Shown here: positions 48,748 through 58,860 of the stretch, in pieces
Position numbering within the stretch: position 1 is the stretch's first letter
Layout of the letters: each line of letters begins with the position of its first letter
Origin: Candidatus Pacearchaeota archaeon
GTDB taxonomy: Archaea; Nanobdellota; Nanobdellia; Pacearchaeales; GW2011-AR1
Direction: 5' to 3'
Length of the DNA: 64,000 nucleotides
Assembly: GCA_018221305.1 (NCBI GenBank)
Contig: JAAOYK010000051.1
Span: 20,085-84,084, forward strand
Made by a program: the position numbers and the translations under genes
Notes under the pieces: generated by a model
Database searches by the model: none
Told to the model about the DNA's origin: nothing
Seen by the model: only the letters and a program-made list of their open reading frames with translations

Positions 48748-51700
48748 TCAAAGTTTCTCAGCAGCAGGAATAATAGATTTTTGATGATACATTGAAGGTT
48801 TTAGACCTAATGGAAGATTTCCGTGTAAACGTTTTTCTTTTCGTCTCTTCAAAACCTTATTAAGATAAAAAATAACAAAAACAATCCCTGCAACCACTAA
48901 AAGCCCCAAAAGTACAAATAAAATTATCTTAAACCAACCAGCAGATAAACTAAAAAATCCACCACCCCCAATCCTAAATTTTGCCTGAGCATTAGCAGGC
49001 TCTTTTTGCCCATTATATTTTAAATCCACAAACAAAGTATATTCACCATTACCTAAAAAGGACAGATCAATCTTTTTTATAAATTCTAATTGTGTTTCAA
49101 CAGGAACTATTTCTTTTTCCTCATACACCATAGATCCAGTAGAATCAAAAGCCCTATAGGTGATGTTACCAAGGACACGACCAGGAATTCCGAAATTAAT
49201 TAAGGAGACCTTTGCCATTAAAGTCTCTTCAATTGATTCATCTAAAATTTCCAAACCAATATCAAACAAAGTATTTCTAGATTTTTTAGAGATCTTTACC
49301 TTAGTAATCTTACACGACCTACTAATATCAGGACGTGATCCAGAACACTCAGGGGTTATTTTTTCACAATCCCTACCTTGTTTTCCATCAACACACCCTC
49401 CCCATGAATCACAATCCCATTTTGCCTTACATGTGGCAGTACCACCACCGCCACCAGAATTTCCCCCACTATCACTAATTGCGTTTAAAAGCATTAACAA
49501 AGATCGACTCTCAGACATATTAAAAGTTCGTGACAAGGCATGATAATTAGCCTTAGTAGTAGTTAGGGTATAATTATAGTAAGTCTTATTAGCAGCTCCA
49601 GAACCATTTTGAGAATAATATGGTAATCGAAGCTTTCTTAAAATCCCAGAAGAGCCAGTAAGCAAAGAAAAGGCCTCAACAGCCCTATGATTTCTAACAT
49701 TAATCGCAGCGTTTAATAAAGGAGAATTTCCAGATTTAACAGTTAAATCAAGATAGTTATAATAATTCAAAAGACCTTCTCCCTGGGTTTGCCAACTAAC
49801 ACCAGTTAAGGTCGTATTTGTAAAGTTCCAAAATCCCCCTGTAAACGGTCCAAAAATCGAATCATCTAAACCATAAATTGAAAATAAATCATTAGACCCA
49901 TTCTTAGAGAGAAAAGAATCTTCAACACTTAGGTTAAAAACTCCAAAATAAATTTCAACAGGATACGATCCAGTCCCAACAGTGCTTGAAGTACATTTTG
50001 AAATATTAATATCATTGCCTCCATATTCAAAGAAAAATGCCGAAGAATAAGGCCCTAAGGATGACACAGTAATATTAAAAAGATCAATAGAATAAACATC
50101 ATGCATCAATAAACCATATCCATAATCCCCAGTAGTTGAAAAAGTACCATCTCGGATATCTAAATCAGAAACATCACTATCAGCAAAAAGTGCATAAGCA
50201 TCTGCCCCATGAGTAATAACATCAAGACGATCTAACAAAGTTCCCACCACATCCTCATTAATAAAAAGCCCATAAGCATAATCCGCGTTTGTAGTTATAT
50301 CATTACTAATTATTTCAGAATCATTACTTAAAATATTAAACCCATAAGCATCCTCACCACTTGTTGTAATAGTATTATTTAAAATTATTACATCCACAGA
50401 ATTCAAATTAATACCATGTGCAAAATCAGCCTCAGTTACAAGATTATTATGAGCAATATTAGAATTAGAGCTAGAAATAATGTTAATACCATAAGCGTCA
50501 CTCGACGAAGTAAACACATCATTAGAACTAACATTACTAAAGGGAGAATCAAAAAGATGCACACCAGATGCATCATTGTTCAAAGTTTCAATATCATTAT
50601 TTATAACATTATTATTCAGACTAGAATTAAGATAAATCCCAGAACTTTGATGTCCTGCAGTATTAATAAAATTATTTGAAAAATTATTATAAGACCCATC
50701 GCTAAGCGAGATCCCAAGACAAGAAATACCATTAGGCATAATTCTGTTCAAAGAAATTAAAGAATTATCAACATTACGCAAAAAAATACCCATCCCATAA
50801 TTCCCAAAAATAGTGATATTATTAGATTGTAAAATAGAATTCTGTGAATCTTTCAAATAAATTGCAGGAGAATAAAGATTACTTGTATTTGTTTTTGAAA
50901 AATTACAATTCAAAATTTTTGTTTCATTATACTCGCTATAAACACCATACGAGCTGCCAGCACTTGCTCCAAAATTAATAGTATTTCCTTGACAATCTAA
51001 AGTAACATTATTAGCACCAAAAATAAAACAAGTATCAGAGGACGAAACACTTGAATTCAAAAGATAGACCCCATCTTCAAAATTTAAACCAGCACACCCA
51101 GAAACTCCCGGATCTATAGCAGCATGAAAATCTTCTTCAATAATCTCTAAATCAAAAGCGTTTTCCTGAGTATTAGGGATTTCAAAGCTAACTTTTATTG
51201 CAAAAGAAAAGCTCGTATCAATATTAACATCATCCAGACTAATTTCAAACTTATCAGGTTTTTTACTTTTCCAGGAAAAAGTTTCAAGTGTTTTGTTTTC
51301 GCTTTCATTAATAACTTCCGGCAAATCATCCAAAGAATCTTCAAGAGTATCATTTACAGTTTCTCCCTGGTCATCCCTAGAACTCTGGTTTACTATTCCT
51401 TGAGAATCATTAATAGTAACATTAATATCAACAAGATCTAAAGAATCATTTATAATCTCACCAGTAAAATCACCTTCGACATCCAAGGTTTCTTCAGCAA
51501 TTATGATTTCAATTTCCTGATTTATTTTTTCATCAAGTTTTTCTTCAATCTTTTTATCTAAAATATCCCCTAACTTTTCATCAATCTTTTCATCAATCTT
51601 TTCTTCAATAATACGATCCAAGGATTCTTCAAAAGTCTTATCAATAGCCTCATCCAAAAGATCCCCCTCAGGATCAGAAGCACCAGAGTCCAAAGCAACA

Positions 51701-52401
51701 GAAAATCCAGTTATAAGATTTGTTTCAGAATCATCCAAATCAAGATATACAAAATTATAATAATCTTTTCGCTTAAACTTAGTTTCATCACTTAGATAAA
51801 TAACTTCATCAGCCCCTGCAGAGTTACTCTGCCTCCCAGAATCACGATTTCTCAGCGACCCGCGGTTGAACTCCTTAACAGAAGCCGCACCAAATTCAGA
51901 CAAACTTTCCTCAGCACTAGGAATCGGCGGTGCAGGAAGAGTCTCAAAATAACCTTGTTCAAAGGTCTCTTCAACAATTTCAAAAGTTTGTGAGTAACTA
52001 ATTTCCAAATTCCTAACAGAACTTCCATCTTCAAAATATAAATTAACTAAAGGATTTTGCAACTCACGCTTCACCTCAGCACTATTACTAACTTCAAAAA
52101 TTGCCTCACAAATCTTATAACCATCATCGATTCTACTAGGTTTCCAGGAGCAATGAATTTCTTCGGGGGAGGAGAGGATAATGTTTCCAATATTTGAAAA
52201 CTTAAAGCCACCGACGTTTACTTCCCCCCCCGTCTTGATCTCAGGATTTAAGAGAGTATCATCATCTAGATCTTTAATAACATTTGATGTCAATCCATTA
52301 TTAACAGTAAAATAAGAAAAAAATACCAAAAGAAGAATCACAACAGCCAAACAAAAGATAAACATCTTTCTTTGATCAATTCTAAAAAAATCAGGCCTCA
52401 T
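48748..52401 (-). CDS. Large surface protein with right-handed beta-helix (NosD/PbH1-like) repeats, a TSP1-like Cys motif and a C-terminal TM anchor
   Basis: NVTLDCQG start of the beta-helix, GIxL..S.N..I.NN repeats, CKAKWDCDSWGGCVDGKQGRDC, C-terminal TM with basic tail. Start set to ATG 52401, which has a GGGGTGAGGG RBS. Confidence 0.85.
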   Translation of the reverse strand: MRPDFFRIDQRKMFIFCLAVVILLLVFFSYFTVNNGLTSNVIKDLDDDTLLNPEIKTGGEVNVGGFKFSNIGNIILSSPEEIHCSWKPSRIDDGYKICEAIFEVSNSAEVKRELQNPLVNLYFEDGSSVRNLEISYSQTFEIVEETFEQGYFETLPAPPIPSAEESLSEFGAASVKEFNRGSLRNRDSGRQSNSAGADEVIYLSDETKFKRKDYYNFVYLDLDDSETNLITGFSVALDSGASDPEGDLLDEAIDKTFEESLDRIIEEKIDEKIDEKLGDILDKKIEEKLDEKINQEIEIIIAEETLDVEGDFTGEIINDSLDLVDINVTINDSQGIVNQSSRDDQGETVNDTLEDSLDDLPEVINESENKTLETFSWKSKKPDKFEISLDDVNIDTSFSFAIKVSFEIPNTQENAFDLEIIEEDFHAAIDPGVSGCAGLNFEDGVYLLNSSVSSSDTCFIFGANNVTLDCQGNTINFGASAGSSYGVYSEYNETKILNCNFSKTNTSNLYSPAIYLKDSQNSILQSNNITIFGNYGMGIFLRNVDNSLISLNRIMPNGISCLGISLSDGSYNNFSNNFINTAGHQSSGIYLNSSLNNNVINNDIETLNNDASGVHLFDSPFSNVSSNDVFTSSSDAYGINIISSSNSNIAHNNLVTEADFAHGINLNSVDVIILNNTITTSGEDAYGFNILSNDSEIISNDITTNADYAYGLFINEDVVGTLLDRLDVITHGADAYALFADSDVSDLDIRDGTFSTTGDYGYGLLMHDVYSIDLFNITVSSLGPYSSAFFFEYGGNDINISKCTSSTVGTGSYPVEIYFGVFNLSVEDSFLSKNGSNDLFSIYGLDDSIFGPFTGGFWNFTNTTLTGVSWQTQGEGLLNYYNYLDLTVKSGNSPLLNAAINVRNHRAVEAFSLLTGSSGILRKLRLPYYSQNGSGAANKTYYNYTLTTTKANYHALSRTFNMSESRSLLMLLNAISDSGGNSGGGGGTATCKAKWDCDSWGGCVDGKQGRDCEKITPECSGSRPDISRSCKITKVKISKKSRNTLFDIGLEILDESIEETLMAKVSLINFGIPGRVLGNITYRAFDSTGSMVYEEKEIVPVETQLEFIKKIDLSFLGNGEYTLFVDLKYNGQKEPANAQAKFRIGGGGFFSLSAGWFKIILFVLLGLLVVAGIVFVIFYLNKVLKRRKEKRLHGNLPLGLKPSMYHQKSIIPAAEKL

Positions 52402-52627
52402 TTCCCTCACCCCCATGCACTAACAAATACATTTTAGCCATCCCAACATTCCGATGCTTCACTTTTCTTGCACCCTCAAGCTTTGCCAAAAGAATTCGTA
52501 TCTGATTACGCGGTATTTTTAATTTATTAGAAAGCTCAGTAATACTAAATCCAAAATCCTCTTTTTTTAACAACTTTAAAATCTCTTTCTCCTGCATCTC
52601 ATCTCTTAACCTCTTTTTAATATTCAC
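52391..52627 (-). CDS. Small winged-helix DNA-binding protein
   Basis: ILKLLKK...FSITELSNKLKIPRNQIRILLAKLEG...VGMAKMY; overlaps the start of the surface-protein gene. Confidence 0.8.
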   Translation of the reverse strand: MNIKKRLRDEMQEKEILKLLKKEDFGFSITELSNKLKIPRNQIRILLAKLEGARKVKHRNVGMAKMYLLVHGGEGNEA

Positions 52628-52636
52628 AAGCTTTGT

Positions 52637-52678
52637 TCAATATTATTCACAGCATTGCACTCAATATTATTCACAGCA
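52637..52678. repeat. 18-bp perfect direct repeat upstream of the wHTH gene (putative operator)
   Basis: tcaatattattcacagca at 52637-52654 and 52661-52678; a partial third copy lies over the GTG start. Confidence 0.75.
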
Positions 52679-52877
52679 GATTTAACGATATAAAGGCTCG
52701 GTTGAAAAAAACAACAAAAATAGACGATCTAGTTTAAAAAAGTAACAAAACCTAAGGGCAGAACAAAAAGTTTATAAAACCAGTTTCATTCTGAAAGGGT
52801 GTAAAAAGAGTGTGCAACAAAATGAAACCAATGAAAATTTGTAATTTTCAAAATTTAATTTTAACCAAAACAACAAA

Positions 52878-53444
52878 ATGAAGTTAACTAAAAACGAGAA
52901 GAAAACATTAAAACTATTACTCGAGAACGCAAAAATTTCTGATTCAGCAATAGCAAAAAAGCTAAAAATTTCAAGCCAAGCAGTAGGAAAGATTAGAAAA
53001 AAACTAGAAACAACAGTTATTGAATCATATACAGTTAACCTCAATTATTCAAAACTAGGGATCAATGTTTTTGCAATAGCTCTTGCACGCCTAACCCCAG
53101 ACGGACTTGATAAAGGAGAGCTAGAAGTCGAACAAAAGCTCCTTAATCAAGCAAACATCATCCAAATCCATAGACTTCCAAATCAAAGCACAACTCACAT
53201 TATTCTTTACGGTTTCAAAGATTTAAACGAGCTTGACAACTTTTTTCATTCGACAAAAAAGAAAAATGAGCTCCACAGATTCATTGAAAACAAAGATCTG
53301 TTCACATTTTCTAATCATAGCCTAATAAAAAACAGCCCAATACAACTTTTCAATCAAACAATAGAAGAAATAGGGACTCAGAGCAATAACAACAAGAATG
53401 GTTTTACTGAGATTGAACATTTTAAAAGGCGCTTAAAAAAATAG
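52878..53444 (+). CDS. Lrp/AsnC family transcriptional regulator
   Basis: LLENAKISDSAIAKKLKISSQAVGKIRKKLE...IESYTVNLNYSKLG. Confidence 0.88.
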   Translation: MKLTKNEKKTLKLLLENAKISDSAIAKKLKISSQAVGKIRKKLETTVIESYTVNLNYSKLGINVFAIALARLTPDGLDKGELEVEQKLLNQANIIQIHRLPNQSTTHIILYGFKDLNELDNFFHSTKKKNELHRFIENKDLFTFSNHSLIKNSPIQLFNQTIEEIGTQSNNNKNGFTEIEHFKRRLKK

Positions 53445-53477
53445 ATTCCAGAAAAACTAAGTCAGAAAAGAGGTAAA

Positions 53478-56400
53478 ATGAAAAAGAGAAGAGTTGGAAC
53501 AAAAAAAAAATCTAAAGGCTTAATCACAGATAATGAATTCTTAGCAGGATTAATTCAATCAAGCAATCAAGCATTTGCAGCAGGATTACCTGACGGAACA
53601 CTATTCACAGTAAACCAATCATTTTGTGAATTAACAGGATATTCTGAAAAAGAATTATTAGAAAAAAAAGATATTTGGAGTAAAAAAATAACTCCAAAAA
53701 AATGGAGAGATTTTGAAAATAAAAAGATTCAACAAGCAATAGAAACAAAAAAACCTACAAGGTATGAAAAAGAATATATAACTAAATCTGGAAAAATAAT
53801 TCCAGTAGAAGTTTTTGTTCAACCCACCTTTGACAAAAATAAGAATTTAAAATACATATACGGATTTATAACAAACATCACAAAAAAACAACAACAACAA
53901 AAAGAACTAGAAAATATATTCAATCTTTCTCCAGACATGTTTTGTATCTGCAGCCCTAAGGGAAAATTTCTCAAGGTCAATCCTGCTTGCTCAAAAACCC
54001 TAGGATACACAACAAACGAAATCCTTAAACTAGGCTGGGCAAAATTAGTTCATCCAGAAGATATAAAGCGCACAGATAAAGAAGTAAAAAAACAATTAAA
54101 AGGCAGCCCTGTAGCAAATTTCACCAATAGGTTTAAATGTAAAAATGGTTCCTACAAAACACTTTCGTGGCAGGCAACCGCTGCAATAAATGGGGTTGTT
54201 TATGCTACTGCCAGAGATATATCTGAAAAAAAACAGATCCAAGAAAAAATACAATTTTTAAGTGAAATTTCCAGGCAAACATCAGATTCAGTCATTACTA
54301 CTGATTTAGATTTTAAAATCAATTGGGTAAATTCAGCCTTTGAAAAATTATTTGGATATTCTAAAAAAGAAGTCCTAGGCAAAACTCCCGACATTCTAAA
54401 TGCAGAACCACTTTCAAAAGAAATTCAAAGCAATATTTACAAAACAATATCTTCTAAAAAAATTTGGACTGGAGAAATTTTAAACAAAAAAAAGAATGGA
54501 GATAAGTTCATATGTTCTATAAAAATATTTCCAATACTGGGAGGGGATGGAAAAATAATTGCATATGCCTCACATCAGGAAGACACAACAGAAAAAAAGA
54601 AAATAAAAGAAAATATTCAAAACACAAATGAAAAACTAGAATGGCATTTACAAAATACACCTATTGGCTATATTGAATGGGACTTAGATTTCAAAGTAAA
54701 AGAATGGAACAATGCAGCAAAAGAAATATTTGGCTACACTAAAAAAGAAGCCTTAGGAAGGCATGCCGCAGGATTATTAATTCCAGAATCTGCAAGAAAA
54801 ATAGTAGATAAAATTTGGTCAGACCTTTTAAAAAATAAAGGTGGGGCTCGAAGCACAAATAAAAATTTTACAAAAAATAAAAAATCAATCGTATGTGATT
54901 GGTTTAACACCCCATTAATTAATAAAAAAGGCCAGGTCTTTGGAGTAGCTTCACTTATCCAAGATATAACCGAAGAAAAAAATAAAGAAAAAAAAATAAA
55001 AGAAAACGAGGAGAAATTCAAAAACCTATTAGAAAGCACTTCAGATTTCATATGGGAAGTAGATAAAAATGGAAAATATGTTTTTGCATCAGACAGTGTT
55101 GAGAAGATTTTAGGTTACAGACCAGAAGAAATTATGGGAAAAACTCCATTTGATTTCATGGAAAAACAAGAAGCAGAAAAAATATCCAAAAAATTTATAG
55201 AAATTGTATCAAAAAAACAGCCAATAAAAGATCTTGAAAACCTGAACATAACTAAAGATAATAAAAAAGTTTACTTATTAACAAACGGGGTACCTTTATT
55301 AGATAAAAACAAAAACATAATTGGATACCGGGGGGTTGATAAAGATATAACAGAGAAAAAACAAATTGAACAAAAACTATCCACTCAAGCATCACTCCTT
55401 CAACAAGTTCACAACGCAATCATAACAATAAATTTTGATAATGAAATACTCTCCTGGAACAACTATGCAGAAAAGCTTTACCAATGGAAAAGTGAAGAGG
55501 CAATAGGAAAAAACATTATTGAATTATTATCCCCCGAAGAAATGAAAAATAAAGTTAAAGAGAATTTTAAAGACCTCAATAGAGAGGGGTATTGGGAAGG
55601 AGATTTCAATGTAAAAAGAAAAGATGGTTCAACAGTCCTTGCCCACATAATTAATACTTATTTAAAAGATAATCAAGGGGAAAATATCGGATTTATTGGA
55701 ATAAGCACAGATATCACTGAGAAAAGAAAGCGGGAAGAGGCCCTAAAAGAAAGTGAAGAAAGATTAAAAAAATATATTGAAGAAATGCCTGAATCAATTT
55801 TAATTTCAGATCTAAAGGGTAAGACAAAATTTGCAAATAAAAAATTCTATGACACATTCAAATTTTCAGAAAAAGAAATAATCGGAAAGCTTCCTACCTG
55901 CATGATTCCAAAACAAGACATTCCAAAGATAATGGCTAATTTGAAACAAATAAGTCAGAGGGGTAGCAGTCCAGAATTCGAGCTTCAAGCAATAACAAAA
56001 AACAAACAAGATCGAGTGATTAAATGCCGCGGAACATTAATAAAAAACAACAAAAATCAACCAAAAGAAATTATAGTGATAATCAGAGACGTTACAGAAA
56101 AAATAAAACAAAACAAACAAATAAAAGATTCAGAACAAAAACTTAAAACAATTATTGAACATAGTAATGAAGTTTTTTATATTCATGATACAAACCATAA
56201 AATAATATATATAAGTCCTCAATGCAAACAAATTTTTGGATTCACGCCTCAAGAAATGAAAGTTAAGTGGACCACCCTTACCACGAATAATCCGATAAAT
56301 GATCAAGGTTTTAAATTAACAACAACAGCCATTAAAACGGGTCAAAAACAACCAAATTACGTACTAGAAATATTGCGAAAAGATAAATCAAAAAGAATGA

Positions 56401-57764
56401 TTCAAATCGACGAATCTCCAATTATAAATTCTAAAGGAAAAGTTATTGGAATGAGCGGGGCTATTAGTGACGTAACTAAAAAAAGATTACAAGACCAGAT
56501 AGTTAAAGAATCAGAATTAAAATACCATTCATTGTTTGATAATATGATAAATGCATTTGCATTACACGAAATTGTTTTAGACAAAAATAAAAATCCAATT
56601 GATTATATTTTCTTAGAAACAAATAATGCATTTACAAATCTCACAGGATTAAAAAAAGATATAATTGGAAAAAAAGTAACTCAGATCATTCCAGACATAA
56701 GAAAGCAAAAACCAGATTTAGTAAAAATTTACGGAGAAGTAGCTATTACAGGAAAACAAAAGAAATTTGAAATCTATTTCCCCCCATTAAAAAAATGGTT
56801 TGCAATCACAGCATTTAGTCCAAAAAAGAATCAATTTGCAGTAATCTTCGATGATATAACAGAAAAAAAGAAACAACAAGAAAAATTAAACCAGCAAAAT
56901 AAATTTCTCCAAAATATCTTAGATTCCTTAGATCATCCATTTTATGTAGTCGATGTAAAAACCCACAAAATAGAAATTGCAAATAAAAAAATGGGAAAAC
57001 TCCCAAAAAACGTTACCTGTCACAGATTAACCCACCATAATGATCTACCTTGCAAACCTCCAAAAGCTCCCTGCCCACTAGAAGTTATGAAAAAAACAAA
57101 AAGACCAGTTACTGTAAATCATATTCACTATGATAACAACAATAAACAAAAACATGTGGAAGTGCATGCATATCCGATTTTAGATGAAAAAGGCAATTTA
57201 ATCAAGATGATAGAGTATTCTCTTGATGTAACTGAAAAACAAAAAGTAGAACAAAAAATAAAACAAACAGCAGAAGAGTGGGAATCAACTTTCAATTCAA
57301 TACCAGATCTAATTTCAATTCATGATGAAAATTCTACAATAACCAGAGTAAACAAAGCATTCCTAAAAAAATTTAATTTACCTGAAGAAAAAATAATAGG
57401 GCAAAAATGTTACAGATTAATTCACAATAAAAATTCTCCAATAGATAAGTGTCCTGCAAAAGAAGCAATGCAAACTAAAAAACCTGTAACAGTAGAGTAT
57501 TTTGAACCCAAACTTAATGCACACCTTGAAGTAACTGCAAATCCAATTATTGATTCAAATAGAAAAATCAAAGGAATTGTCCATATTGTAAGAGACATAT
57601 CTGAAAAAAAGAAAGCAGAAAAAGAATTTTTACAAACAACAGAGAACCTAAACAAATTTAATAAGTTTGCAGTAGGCAGAGAACTTCAAATGGTTAATTT
57701 AAAAAAAGAAATAAATAACCTACTAAAAATGCAAGGAAGACCAACCAAGTATAATGCTGAATGA
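53478..57764 (+). CDS. Cytoplasmic multi-PAS sensor (11 PAS/PAC domains) with no catalytic output domain
   Basis: Eleven PAS repeats, most closing in DITE/DISE-like motifs; C-terminal NKFAVGRELQMVNLKKEIN helix; no H-box, HATPase or GGDEF. Confidence 0.9.
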   Translation: MKKRRVGTKKKSKGLITDNEFLAGLIQSSNQAFAAGLPDGTLFTVNQSFCELTGYSEKELLEKKDIWSKKITPKKWRDFENKKIQQAIETKKPTRYEKEYITKSGKIIPVEVFVQPTFDKNKNLKYIYGFITNITKKQQQQKELENIFNLSPDMFCICSPKGKFLKVNPACSKTLGYTTNEILKLGWAKLVHPEDIKRTDKEVKKQLKGSPVANFTNRFKCKNGSYKTLSWQATAAINGVVYATARDISEKKQIQEKIQFLSEISRQTSDSVITTDLDFKINWVNSAFEKLFGYSKKEVLGKTPDILNAEPLSKEIQSNIYKTISSKKIWTGEILNKKKNGDKFICSIKIFPILGGDGKIIAYASHQEDTTEKKKIKENIQNTNEKLEWHLQNTPIGYIEWDLDFKVKEWNNAAKEIFGYTKKEALGRHAAGLLIPESARKIVDKIWSDLLKNKGGARSTNKNFTKNKKSIVCDWFNTPLINKKGQVFGVASLIQDITEEKNKEKKIKENEEKFKNLLESTSDFIWEVDKNGKYVFASDSVEKILGYRPEEIMGKTPFDFMEKQEAEKISKKFIEIVSKKQPIKDLENLNITKDNKKVYLLTNGVPLLDKNKNIIGYRGVDKDITEKKQIEQKLSTQASLLQQVHNAIITINFDNEILSWNNYAEKLYQWKSEEAIGKNIIELLSPEEMKNKVKENFKDLNREGYWEGDFNVKRKDGSTVLAHIINTYLKDNQGENIGFIGISTDITEKRKREEALKESEERLKKYIEEMPESILISDLKGKTKFANKKFYDTFKFSEKEIIGKLPTCMIPKQDIPKIMANLKQISQRGSSPEFELQAITKNKQDRVIKCRGTLIKNNKNQPKEIIVIIRDVTEKIKQNKQIKDSEQKLKTIIEHSNEVFYIHDTNHKIIYISPQCKQIFGFTPQEMKVKWTTLTTNNPINDQGFKLTTTAIKTGQKQPNYVLEILRKDKSKRMIQIDESPIINSKGKVIGMSGAISDVTKKRLQDQIVKESELKYHSLFDNMINAFALHEIVLDKNKNPIDYIFLETNNAFTNLTGLKKDIIGKKVTQIIPDIRKQKPDLVKIYGEVAITGKQKKFEIYFPPLKKWFAITAFSPKKNQFAVIFDDITEKKKQQEKLNQQNKFLQNILDSLDHPFYVVDVKTHKIEIANKKMGKLPKNVTCHRLTHHNDLPCKPPKAPCPLEVMKKTKRPVTVNHIHYDNNNKQKHVEVHAYPILDEKGNLIKMIEYSLDVTEKQKVEQKIKQTAEEWESTFNSIPDLISIHDENSTITRVNKAFLKKFNLPEEKIIGQKCYRLIHNKNSPIDKCPAKEAMQTKKPVTVEYFEPKLNAHLEVTANPIIDSNRKIKGIVHIVRDISEKKKAEKEFLQTTENLNKFNKFAVGRELQMVNLKKEINNLLKMQGRPTKYNAE

Positions 57765-57792
57765 AAGGAGGTAAATAAAATAAATAATGGAA
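57760..57792 (+). repeat. 33-bp duplicated translation-initiation region, copy 1
   Basis: aatgaaaggaggtaaataaaataaataatggaa; 32/33 identical to 59806-59838. Confidence 0.85.
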
Positions 57793-58854
57793 GAAAATAT
57801 ACAGACAAAAAAGAAAGTCAAGCTAATAGTAATTATCCCAATTGCCGTAGTTTTAATTATAATAATTATAGCAATGGTTTATTTGTTAATACCAAAAGAA
57901 ACTCAAATAGATACTGCAACAGAAACACCAGCAGCCACAGAAACAAATGCAAATTATGCAGGCAAAAAAATCCTTCATGTAGATTCGTATCATTCTGGAT
58001 ATGAATGGAGTGACGGAATAGCAAAAGGTATAGAAGATATTTTAAAAGATACTGGAATAACTTTAGAAAGAATAGAAATGGATACAAAGAGAAACAGCAA
58101 AGAAGAGTTCAAAAAAAATGCAGCAATAATTGTAAAACAAAAAATTGAATCAATGAGCCCTAATGTTGTAATTGTTAGTGATGATAATGCATTTAAATAT
58201 GTTGTTCAGGAGTATTACAAAGATGCAGACTTGCCAGTCGTATTCTGCGGATTAAACTGGGATGCAAATGTATATGGTGCACCCTACACCAATACTGCAG
58301 GCATGGTTGAAGTTGCTCTAACAAATCAGATAATTGAATATTTAAAACAATATTCAAATGAAGAAAAAATAGGATATTTATCAGCAAATACAACCACAGA
58401 AAAAAAGAATTTAGAAAACTATGAAAATTTATTAGATCTATCTTTTGAGAAGACCTACTTTGTAAATACAATGCAAGAATGGAAAAATGCATTTACTGCA
58501 CTTCAAACAGAAGTAGATTTAGTTATTTTTGAAAATAGTGCAGGGATTTCTGATTGGGATGAAACCGAGGCAGAATCATTTGCAGTAAAAAATACAAAAA
58601 TACCAATTGGAACAACCAATACATGGACAATGCAATCTTCCTTACTAGGATTAACAAAAGTTCCAGAAGAGCAAGGAGTTTGGTCAGCTAATGCAGCCCT
58701 TGAAATTTTAAATGGAAAAACACCTTTAGAAATAGGAACAACAAAAAACAAGCAAGGAAAACTAATCTTAAATTTAGAAATTGCAGAAAAACTAGAAGTG
58801 GTCTTTACGCCTTCAATGCTAAAAAATGCAGAAATAATTGGGGTTGAAAATTAA
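57787..58854 (+). CDS. Membrane-anchored ABC-type substrate-binding protein (ABC_sub_bind-like)
   Basis: N-terminal TM; ILHVDSYHSGYEWS, SDDNA, PVVFCGLN, EQGVWSANAALEIL. Confidence 0.8.
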   Translation: MEENIQTKKKVKLIVIIPIAVVLIIIIIAMVYLLIPKETQIDTATETPAATETNANYAGKKILHVDSYHSGYEWSDGIAKGIEDILKDTGITLERIEMDTKRNSKEEFKKNAAIIVKQKIESMSPNVVIVSDDNAFKYVVQEYYKDADLPVVFCGLNWDANVYGAPYTNTAGMVEVALTNQIIEYLKQYSNEEKIGYLSANTTTEKKNLENYENLLDLSFEKTYFVNTMQEWKNAFTALQTEVDLVIFENSAGISDWDETEAESFAVKNTKIPIGTTNTWTMQSSLLGLTKVPEEQGVWSANAALEILNGKTPLEIGTTKNKQGKLILNLEIAEKLEVVFTPSMLKNAEIIGVEN

Positions 58855-58860
58855 GTAAAA

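Noticed and set aside
53501..53510. A10 tract at the start of the multi-PAS gene as a phase-variation site
   Set aside because: Long A/T runs are common throughout this AT-rich, Lys-rich sequence.
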